DNA from: Candidatus Cloacimonadales bacterium
Lineage (GTDB): Bacteria > Cloacimonadota > Cloacimonadia > Cloacimonadales > JAFGVF01
DNA: 64,000 nucleotides
NCBI GenBank assembly: GCA_963678315.1
Contig: OY782781.1
Span: forward strand, 1,710,071-1,774,070
Reading direction: 5' to 3'
Shown: in pieces, positions 1 through 7,587 of the stretch
How the letters are laid out: every line of letters begins with the position of its first letter
Numbering within the stretch: the first letter of the stretch is position 1
Made by a program: the position numbers and the translations under genes
The notes under the pieces: generated by a model
The model's input: the letters and a program-made list of their open reading frames with translations, nothing else
What the model was told of the DNA's origin: nothing
Databases searched by the model: none

Positions 1-360
1 CTCTTTGTTGATTAACCCTTACAGGGTATCAATGGATTTGGGATTGTAGCCATCCCTGGCTACGAAAAGATTTGCGTAAGCATGAATAAAGTTCAGCCTA
101 TCGGCGGATGCTTACACTCCTATGGTTAAACTGGGATTGTAGCCATCAGTCTTCGCCTGACACGGTTCCAGTTTGTCAATATTACCCCAACGGGGTAAAT
201 TATCCAAAGCCCATGATTTCAATCATGGGTAGCAATAGTCCCCAATATTACTAGTCCTAGAGGGACTTCTTTATCAAATATATAGCTAGCCAACATCAGA
301 AAAGTACTTTCAGCACTATCTAACAATTATATGCTCTTACCTAGCTTTAAAAAGCTAGGC
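1..360. repeat. Mosaic hairpin-module repeat cluster R1, left part (cut by window edge, split by the IS at 361)
   Basis: Same ordered modules as 6251-7428 and 14805-15431: GGATTG-gtagcca/tggctac hairpin-GAAAAG (41-69), gcgtaagcat/atgcttac stem (74-115), aaactggga/tccagttt stem (128-174), ccccaacgggg, 20-bp palindrome cccatgatttcaatcatggg (210-229), agtcc-tagag-ggact, and cctagcttt-aa-aaagctagg (340-359). Confidence 0.9.
339..360. repeat. Left copy of the 22-bp direct duplication flanking the IS (hairpin-containing target)
   Basis: ACCTAGCTTTAAAAAGCTAGGC is identical to 2032-2053. Empty-site copies of the host repeat (e.g. 6498-6519) have it only once. Confidence 0.85.
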
Positions 361-2031
361 CAGACTGCTGACAAAGTAGAAAAAAGGTGTTTACAGCCAA
401 TTTTAGTTTTCATCTGATAGTTGATAGATTTTTTAGTATTGGTGATGATATTGTTGCATAAGTTCACTATGGGAGACAATATACCCAAAATAATCAAAAA
501 ATTTGAGTATTTTTGTTAAAATAGAACCCTTTTTTAGCTTTTTATTGATTCTCTTAAAGTATTTAACTAATTTTACTAAATTTTGAGTACAAGCTGTCAT
601 TAGAGCTTGTTCTTTAACTTTTTCAAGTCCTCTATATCGTGCATATCGATATCCATGATTTTGTTTTGCATTAGCAAAACTCCTCTCAATAGTCTCTTTT
701 CGTCGCTTATAAATCTCTTTACCACAGAATGTTAAACGATTCATATTTATCTTGTCTTTATATTTTTCCCAGACATGCCGATTTAGTACTTTCCTCCTTG
801 TTTTATTTGAAGTACATTTAGATAAATGAGGACAGTTTTTACAGTCTTCAGCATTTGATACGTATTCTTTGTAGCCCTCTCTTCTTGTTGTTTTGTAATG
901 TAATAATTTGTTATTTGGACAAATATATTGGTCGTTGACTGAGTCAAATTTGAATTTATTCTTGCTGAAAAATCCTTTTTTATGGCTACCTCTTTTGTAC
1001 CCTATTACCCCCATTATTCCTTTTTCACATAAAAAACGACAATTATCTACAGTATTATACCCAGCATCTAAGCCTACAGCTATAACATTAAAATTAAACC
1101 TTTCAATCTGCCGAAGAAGACGAGATTTATATACCACTGCATCATTTATATTCCCAGGTGTTATAAATACATCTGTTATAAAATTACATTTAGGATCCGT
1201 TGTCCTATGGTCTAAATAAAAGAAGCCTTGTGGTTTGCGGTCTCGTGCCATAAAACCACTGTCTGGATCTGTTGTGCTGGATTTAATTGTCTTGGTTTCT
1301 TCCTGTGGTTCCTTAGGAGGAAGTGGTTTTATATTGTGTTTTTTTCTGTCTTCTGCGACTGCTTCATCCAAATCTTTAATATATTCTTTTGTAGTTCTTT
1401 TTACTACAATTTTTATGAACTTATTCTTATTCGCATTAGCTTTTATATGGGTTGAGTCTGTATATAAAATTTTCCCATTAACTAAACCATTTTCAATGCC
1501 TAACTTAACAATATTATCAAAAATCTCTTGAAATAAATCATTATTAGCAAATCGTCTTTTACGAGTTTTACTTATAATTGAATGGTGAGGAATTTTATCA
1601 TTAAATCCGAACCCTAAAAACCATCTATATGCAAGATTAACTTGTATTTCTTTAAATATTTGACGTTCTGATTTAATACCAAAGAGATAACCTATTAATA
1701 TTATTTTAAAAAGAGTTATTGGATTAATAGCAGGTCTACCAAAAGTCTCATTGTATGTGTCTTTCATTATATCATAAACGAAAGAGAAATCTATATATTC
1801 ATCAAAAAACCTAAGGATATGATCGTCTGGAACCTGTTCTTCTAAATTTACAAGCTCGAATTCGTATTGTTTTCTATATTCTTCTTTAATCATTTTATCA
1901 CCTCTAATTATATGCCTATCATATAATAAGGAGTAATATTGTCAAGTCTATTTGTGCTTTTTCTGGGTTGTTTAGTACAGAAAAAACATACGAAAATCAC
2001 ACATTGATTACATGACTTTGTCAGCAGTCTG
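361..2031 (-). mobile_element. IS1182-family (IS5-like) insertion sequence, 1671 bp
   Basis: Perfect 17-bp terminal inverted repeats CAGACTGCTGACAAAGT (361-377 and reverse complement of 2015-2031). Single transposase ORF. Flanked by a 22-bp direct duplication ACCTAGCTTTAAAAAGCTAGGC (339-360 and 2032-2053) that is single-copy in the uninterrupted repeat units. Confidence 0.9.
433..1893 (-). CDS. DDE transposase, IS1182/IS5-type (InsH-like N-terminal domain plus C-terminal DDE domain)
   Basis: 486-aa ORF. N-terminal FGRPAINPITLFKIILIGYLFGIKSERQIFKEIQVNLAYRWFLGF is the typical IS5/IS1182 N-domain. C-terminal ...YKRRKETIERSFANAKQNHGYRYARYRG signature. RBS GAGGTGA lies upstream of the ATG. Confidence 0.9.
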   Translation of the reverse strand: MIKEEYRKQYEFELVNLEEQVPDDHILRFFDEYIDFSFVYDIMKDTYNETFGRPAINPITLFKIILIGYLFGIKSERQIFKEIQVNLAYRWFLGFGFNDKIPHHSIISKTRKRRFANNDLFQEIFDNIVKLGIENGLVNGKILYTDSTHIKANANKNKFIKIVVKRTTKEYIKDLDEAVAEDRKKHNIKPLPPKEPQEETKTIKSSTTDPDSGFMARDRKPQGFFYLDHRTTDPKCNFITDVFITPGNINDAVVYKSRLLRQIERFNFNVIAVGLDAGYNTVDNCRFLCEKGIMGVIGYKRGSHKKGFFSKNKFKFDSVNDQYICPNNKLLHYKTTRREGYKEYVSNAEDCKNCPHLSKCTSNKTRRKVLNRHVWEKYKDKINMNRLTFCGKEIYKRRKETIERSFANAKQNHGYRYARYRGLEKVKEQALMTACTQNLVKLVKYFKRINKKLKKGSILTKILKFFDYFGYIVSHSELMQQYHHQY

Positions 2032-2236
2032 ACCTAGCTTTAAAAAGCTAGGCTTTGGACAACTAATCCTTTCAGGATAACATCTGAAACTCTTGCCTTT
2101 AGTCCGGCTGCATTCAAGCATGATTAAAGATGCACATTCAGAAAGGACTGTGATCGGCGAAGACGATTGAATGCACCCCCTCCAAAAAAGGATTGCAAGC
2201 ATCCCTGGCTACGAAAAGATTTGCGTAAGCATGAAC
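2032..2236. repeat. Repeat cluster R1, right part (continues the unit interrupted by the IS)
   Basis: Continues ...cctagctttaaaaagctaggctttggacaa-atcctttcaggat-...tagtccggctg, then the gcat(t/g)caagcatgatt(a/g)aagatgc(a/g)cattcagaaaggactgtgatcggcgaagacgattgaatgcac module, then ggattgcaagcatccctggctacgaaaagatttgcgtaagcatgaa. Collinear with 7184-7395 and 15283-15431. Confidence 0.9.
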
Positions 2237-2285
2237 TTAGGTACACAGGGAAAGTTTATAGTTAATAAAATAATGTATAAATATA

Positions 2286-2314
2286 TTGACAATATAAAAT
2301 TACTAATAATATTT
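2286..2314 (+). promoter_or_regulatory. Putative sigma70-type promoter for the 2439 gene
   Basis: TTGACA at 2286-2291 followed by an A/T-rich -10 candidate (TAATAT/ATATTT) 15-17 nt downstream. The -10 assignment is ambiguous. Confidence 0.3.
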
Positions 2315-2438
2315 AGTTAAAACTTGTTTTGGAAAGATATTTTACAATAGGTATTTGAGAAAGTTTGGTATTGTAGAAATTGTAGTATCAATATTATGGG
2401 CAAAAAAATACTTGGTAACCTAATCAGGAGGCAGATAA

Positions 2439-5400
2439 ATGAAGAAAATAGCTTTAACTTTTTTATTAATAGTTATTGTAGTAGAAGTTTTTTGTATAAG
2501 TCATGAAGAAGGCGATTTAGTAGAGTTTTTCTTTGGAGAAGAGAACAATTGTGAATATGATAACTGGGTATCTCATGTATCGGAAAAACAGAATTTTAAT
2601 AGTCAAAATACTTATGCTCCCTTTGATGTACAAACGAATGGATTTGGCCAATTTACAATGGCAAGTTCTCAGCAATTAACTTCATGGCAAAGTGCAGTGG
2701 ATTTATTTTTCAATGAAGAGTATGAGCTAGCTCAAGAAACTTTAATAGCATCTAATATTCCATATAAAGTTGTAGGGTTTATATATAATGATCAAGAATA
2801 TATGATGCTAAGGGAAGATATTAATTTGCAATACAATGATGATAATAATACAGACGATGAAAGCGATGATGAATTGGGTGCATTTGATTTTGGTTGGGGA
2901 ATATTTATATATAATCCAGCATCAGGGAGCCCTGCTATGGTGTCAGTTCCTCATCCTAACGATAGTTTTGTAGGAACTTATCTAAGTGTTCAAGCATTTC
3001 TAGATTGCAATTGTAAATATCTTATGATTAATGGGACAGGTAGAGAGTTAAATACAAATCAATGTGACCCAACAAGAAACAGTAATCATCCTTATGTCTA
3101 TTTCTATGAAAAGGCAGCTAATCAAATAAGATTGACCCAAGAAAGACATGAGATTGCTTTGCAGTTTGAATCATACGATTGGGACAAACATGAAGCTATG
3201 GCAAGTGTTCAGTTATCAGGTAAAATCGAATCACCCTTGGGACTTCCAGTTAGAGACTGGTCTAGTAGTCATAATGATGTAATTCAAAATACTGATTACA
3301 TTGTGTTTGAAGAAGATTACTTTGGTAATAATAGTTTAGTTAACTTGAACGAATATTATGGACTTTATGAAAAGTATTCTATACCAACTATTTATCACGA
3401 TTCTCTATTTACATCTGGTCCTATCGATATTGTTGGATATACTGGATCTTCATTGACTGAAGTAAATATCCAGGATTATAATTATTGGTCATCTTATAGT
3501 CCCTTTATACATATTGCAGTAGATGAATTTCCAAACTGTTTTGAGCAAACAGAAGAAAATTATTTCTGGTTTTATGGCTATAATAATATGGATAATACTT
3601 GGGATTGGGAAAATAGATATAGCAATTGTGTTGAATATTATCATCCATTCATGACCGCATTAAATGAAGCACTAAATTGCTTTACTCAAATGGAGGATGG
3701 GGATAATCTCCCTCCAGCAGTAACTAATTTAAATTCTGAAAATACATTTAATGGTGTGAAGTTAAGTTGGCAAGGCCAAACTCCCTATGATTTTGATTCT
3801 TATCTACTTTATGTTTCAGAAACTCCGATAAGTAATGGTAATTATACGGTCTATGATAGTTCAGAAGAGAATGGATTGTATCAGCTAGGTTTTCCAGGTA
3901 CAAAGAATGTTCTTATAGAAGATCTAAATGTGGGAACAGATTATTATTTCGCCATTGCTCAGCGTGATGTTTACGGCAATGTTTCAGAAATCTCGAATGA
4001 AAGCAACTCTACAACTTTACAAGCTTCTTTTAATAGATTTAGAACTATTGTAAAACAAGACACTATCGTTGTTGAAGCTTTTATTGAGGAAAGCACAAAT
4101 TGTTCTTTATTTAGGCTTTACAGGAAAGAAGAAGGTCAAGAATATCAAGAATTATATAGTGGGAATTATATAAATCGCTACTATGATTCTGATATAGAAA
4201 ATGATCTTGTTTATTCTTATAAGGTTTGTGCAATTAGCAACCTAAATGAGTTAATTCAAGTTTCACCTGAGTTGACAGCTTCTTGTCCTACATATCACAA
4301 GCTACAGTTGTCTGGTGGTAATCTTTTAACCGATTTTACTTTTGGCAAAAGCTCATGTGCAACAGATGGCTATGATTTAGGTTATGATCAAAACTATGAT
4401 ACTATGAATAGTTTTGAACTTTACTCGGAAATAGACTATTTGCAGGTCGCGAATGGGCAGGTAGAAAGAGAAGTTATTGGTGAATTTGATAGTAATGAAA
4501 CATACCATAAATTTGATTTACATTTATACGCTCCTTATATAGGAACTTCTGATCTAGTCTTCTCTATGAGTAGTGATGATCTTGCTAATACAACAGACAA
4601 ATTCTATATTTCCTACAATAATGAGCTTTATAATCTAAGAGAGGGAGATATCCAGCTTTCTGTCGAAACAACTAACCATGCTTTTGAACTATATTGGGGT
4701 AATCTCCCTGCAAATGTAAGCTTTGCTAATGATTCAGGAATCATTAGTGGAAGAGGTATCTCAGATTCAATTGAGTGGACAAGCCAGTTTCCTGAACTAG
4801 TTGATTCTTATTCTGTATATTTCAAGAATGAGCAAGATTCTATATTAGTAGCTGATAACTTATCATCAGATATATCTAGCATTGACTGGGAATATCAAGG
4901 CAATGAAACTATAAGATCAATCAATTGCTATGTTATGGTTCACACTTTACAAGGGCAAGATATTGTCTTTAAGAATAACCACTCTTCTTTACTTTTGGGT
5001 AATTTAGATAATATAATTTTAGATAATGAAGAATCTTCGAACTGGTTAGTATCATATCCTTTTTCTCAAGCTCAGAATATCAATGAAATTAGTAATCTAG
5101 ATCAAGTATATTCTTTTAACAATGGCGAATATCTTCAGCAGGATAACATCATTAATAATGAAGGATATCTCGCTGTTATCAATGGATCTGTTGAAATCTC
5201 TATTTTAGGTGAATGTCTAGTTGATGAAAATACTATCTTTTTAAATCAAGGTTGGAATTTAATTGCTAATCCTCATCCTATAGAATATAATGTGTCAGAC
5301 TTACTATTCTACTATGGAAACACTTTTAGGTCACCTAGTTACGTTATAACTCAAGAAGCAATTTCTCCTTACTTTATGGGGATTAGAAATGATTCTTACA

Positions 5401-6236
5401 GCGAAATAAGGACAATAAAGTCTTATGAAAGTGTGTTTGTTTATGTCTTAACTGATGAGATGATAGGGCTACAATTTAATCCTAACCACCAAGAAAACTT
5501 TAACATAACTGAAGAATCAGGTCAATATGCTAGTCTAGAATTTTCCACTATTACTGGAGCAAAAGATCAAATTACTATTGGAGTTTCTGGTAATCAGTTT
5601 GGGCAGTTTGATACATTCAATCAACTTGTTAAACCGCCCTCAAGACCAATAAGTGGTTTAAATGAAGTATGTCTGTTAGACTTGAATGATGAGAGTATTA
5701 AGCTGCAAAAGCAACTTCTTCCACAGGAACTTGATGGAGAATATTCTTGGAATTATGCTTTTACTAATAGTCAAGATGCCAATGTTCAGGTTAAGATAGT
5801 AGACCATAATCTTAATTCAAATTCTAGTGTAGAATTAGCTCTTAATGGACAGATCTATAATATTACTGAAAACCCAATAACTATTGATTGTAATAATACT
5901 CCTGGTAACTACCAAGGATGCTTGTATCTCGATTCTCCTACTTCAAATTCTCATGATAGTGAAGCTGTAACTGGTGTTTTATCAGTTTACCCAAATCCAT
6001 CATCCAAAAAGTTTAACATTGAGGTTGTAAGCTCTAAATCAAATTACCAAGTATCTATCTATAACATCAAAGGACAAAGAGTTAAAAAGTTCAATGTGAG
6101 GGATAATAAATCATCAAGAAATACTCTTACTTGGGGAAAAGATAACTCATTAAATAACATCGCTTCAGGAATTTACTTTGTTAAATATTCTGATAAAGAT
6201 ACAAGTGATATAAGGAAGATCTGTTTGATTAAGTAG
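2439..6236 (+). CDS. Giant secreted surface protein (1265 aa) with FN3-like domain and T9SS C-terminal sorting domain
   Basis: RBS AGGAGG and an N-terminal signal peptide (MKKIALTFLLIVIVVEVF). FN3-like segment PPAVTNLNSENTFNGVKLSWQG...YYFAIAQRDVYGNVS. C-terminal tail VYPNPSSKKFNIEV...SIYNIKGQRVKKF...SGIYFVKY is typical of Por_Secre_tail. Confidence 0.85.
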   Translation: MKKIALTFLLIVIVVEVFCISHEEGDLVEFFFGEENNCEYDNWVSHVSEKQNFNSQNTYAPFDVQTNGFGQFTMASSQQLTSWQSAVDLFFNEEYELAQETLIASNIPYKVVGFIYNDQEYMMLREDINLQYNDDNNTDDESDDELGAFDFGWGIFIYNPASGSPAMVSVPHPNDSFVGTYLSVQAFLDCNCKYLMINGTGRELNTNQCDPTRNSNHPYVYFYEKAANQIRLTQERHEIALQFESYDWDKHEAMASVQLSGKIESPLGLPVRDWSSSHNDVIQNTDYIVFEEDYFGNNSLVNLNEYYGLYEKYSIPTIYHDSLFTSGPIDIVGYTGSSLTEVNIQDYNYWSSYSPFIHIAVDEFPNCFEQTEENYFWFYGYNNMDNTWDWENRYSNCVEYYHPFMTALNEALNCFTQMEDGDNLPPAVTNLNSENTFNGVKLSWQGQTPYDFDSYLLYVSETPISNGNYTVYDSSEENGLYQLGFPGTKNVLIEDLNVGTDYYFAIAQRDVYGNVSEISNESNSTTLQASFNRFRTIVKQDTIVVEAFIEESTNCSLFRLYRKEEGQEYQELYSGNYINRYYDSDIENDLVYSYKVCAISNLNELIQVSPELTASCPTYHKLQLSGGNLLTDFTFGKSSCATDGYDLGYDQNYDTMNSFELYSEIDYLQVANGQVEREVIGEFDSNETYHKFDLHLYAPYIGTSDLVFSMSSDDLANTTDKFYISYNNELYNLREGDIQLSVETTNHAFELYWGNLPANVSFANDSGIISGRGISDSIEWTSQFPELVDSYSVYFKNEQDSILVADNLSSDISSIDWEYQGNETIRSINCYVMVHTLQGQDIVFKNNHSSLLLGNLDNIILDNEESSNWLVSYPFSQAQNINEISNLDQVYSFNNGEYLQQDNIINNEGYLAVINGSVEISILGECLVDENTIFLNQGWNLIANPHPIEYNVSDLLFYYGNTFRSPSYVITQEAISPYFMGIRNDSYSEIRTIKSYESVFVYVLTDEMIGLQFNPNHQENFNITEESGQYASLEFSTITGAKDQITIGVSGNQFGQFDTFNQLVKPPSRPISGLNEVCLLDLNDESIKLQKQLLPQELDGEYSWNYAFTNSQDANVQVKIVDHNLNSNSSVELALNGQIYNITENPITIDCNNTPGNYQGCLYLDSPTSNSHDSEAVTGVLSVYPNPSSKKFNIEVVSSKSNYQVSIYNIKGQRVKKFNVRDNKSSRNTLTWGKDNSLNNIASGIYFVKYSDKDTSDIRKICLIK

Positions 6237-6311
6237 TAATCGTTTCTATGGGTTGCAGTCAGCTTGACTGCGAAAGTATTTAACTGGGATTGTAGTGTAG
6301 CCATAAGTCTG

Positions 6312-7270
6312 AGTCTCACACGGTCCCAGTTTGTCCATAAAACCCCAACGGGGTAAATTATCCAAAGCCCATGATTTCAATCATGGGTAGCAATAGCCCC
6401 CAATATTACTAGTCCTAGAGGGACTTCTTTATCATATATATAACTACCCAACATCAGAAAAGTACTTTCAGCACTATCTCAACAATTATATGCTCTTACC
6501 TAGCTTTAAAAAGCTAGGCTTTGGACAATTAATCCTTTCAGGATAACATCTGAAACCCTTGCCTTTAGTCCGGCTGAGTTTCACACGGTCCCAGTTTGTC
6601 TATAATACCCCAACGGGGTAAATTATCCAAAGCCCATGATTTCAATCATGGGTAGCAATAGACCCCAATATTACTAGTCCTAGAGGGACTTCTTTATCAT
6701 ATATTTAGCTAGCCAACATCAGAAAAGTACTTTCAGCACTATCTTACAATTATATGCTCCTACCTAGCTTTAAAAAGCTAGGCTTTGGACAATTAATCCT
6801 TTCAGGATAACATCTGAAACTCTTGCCTGTAGTCCGGCTGAGTTTCACACGGTCCTAGTTTGTCCATAATACCCCAACGGGGTAAATTATCCAAAGCCCA
6901 TGATTTCAATCATGGGTAGCAACAGATCCCAATATTACTAGTCCTAGAGGGACTTCTTTATCATATATATAACTAGCCAACATCAGAAAAGTACTTTCAG
7001 CACTATCTAACAATTATCCCAGATGATGCATTAGGTTTGACGAAAATAGTGGAGATTATTTCAGCAAAATAGCTTCCAGAATCGAAGCTTGAATAATATA
7101 TATTCTAGTTGAGATTATGGAAGTTATTCTTGCCAAATAATATAGTGCTATTTTTCAAGTCCTAGTGCATTATTTGGGATTATATGCTCTTACCTAGCTT
7201 TAAAAAGCTAGGCTTTGGACAATTAATCCTTTTAGGATAACATCTGAAACTCTTGCCTTTGGTCCAGCTG
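6312..7270. repeat. Tandem array of three 264-265-bp units (6312-6576, 6577-6840, 6841-7270 with a MITE at 7018-7178)
   Basis: The units align end to end with only scattered substitutions. Each carries ccccaacgggg, cccatgatttcaatcatggg, agtcctagagggact, aaagtacttt, cctagctttaaaaagctagg and atcctttcaggat. Confidence 0.95.
7018..7178. mobile_element. 161-bp MITE-like non-autonomous element inserted into repeat unit 3
   Basis: Imperfect terminal inverted repeats of about 34 bp (cccagatgatgcattaggtttgacgaaaatagtg vs reverse complement of agtgctatttttcaagtcctagtgcattatttggg). No ORF. Flanked by a 5-bp duplication ATTAT (7013-7017 and 7179-7183) that is single in uninterrupted units (acaattatatgctc). 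Confidence 0.8.
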
Positions 7271-7498
7271 CATGCAAGCATGATTGAAGATGCGCATTCA
7301 GAAAGGACTGTGATCTGCGAAGACGATTGAATGCACTCCTACAAAAAAGGATTGCAAGCATCCCTGGCTACGAAAAGATTTGAGTAAGCATGAACAAATT
7401 TCAGCCTATCGGCGGATGCTTACACTCCAATAGTGGCAGCAAACAACCAAAACAATAGCAAATAGTTAACAACTATCAACCTTTTCATAAAAAAAGTA

Positions 7499-7527
7499 TT
7501 GACAACCTCCAGAAATAAAAATATAAA
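7499..7527 (+). promoter_or_regulatory. Putative sigma70-type promoter for the 7588 operon
   Basis: TTGACA (7499-7504), 17-nt spacer, TATAAA (7522-7527), about 60 nt upstream of the RBS AGGAGG and ATG. Confidence 0.5.
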
Positions 7528-7587
7528 CAAATAAGGTTATATATTCGAGAGATAGGAAAATAAAATAAAAAAATACAGGAGGAAAAA

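Larger units (their letters stand above)
6251..7428. repeat. Repeat cluster R2, the largest mosaic hairpin-module array
   Basis: Starts with GGTTG-gcagtca/tgactgc hairpin-GAAAG (6251-6276). Then three tandem units of 264-265 bp, the third interrupted by a MITE. Then the catgcaagcatg...atgcgcat... module and the GGATTG...gcgtaagcat/atgcttacactcc module (ends 7428). Confidence 0.95.

Noticed and set aside
908-1531. ORFs 908..1219, 1228..1455 and 1235..1531 on the plus strand
   Set aside because: They lie entirely antisense to the well-supported transposase ORF, are low-complexity and have no RBS. They are shadow ORFs.
2008-2202. 64-aa ORF crossing the IS end into the repeat cluster
   Set aside because: It spans the IS terminal repeat and repeat modules. 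The frame is not conserved in the other copies of the same repeat.
2240-2438. Invertible (phase-variable) promoter upstream of the adhesin genes at 2439 and 7588
   Set aside because: I looked for a pair of inverted repeats bracketing the TTGACA promoters. Only the generic hairpin words upstream were found, with nothing flanking the promoters themselves.
6312-7270. Possible CRISPR array (regularly spaced palindromic repeats)
   Set aside because: The units are about 264 bp and repeat in full. There are no unique spacers between short repeats and no cas genes in the window.
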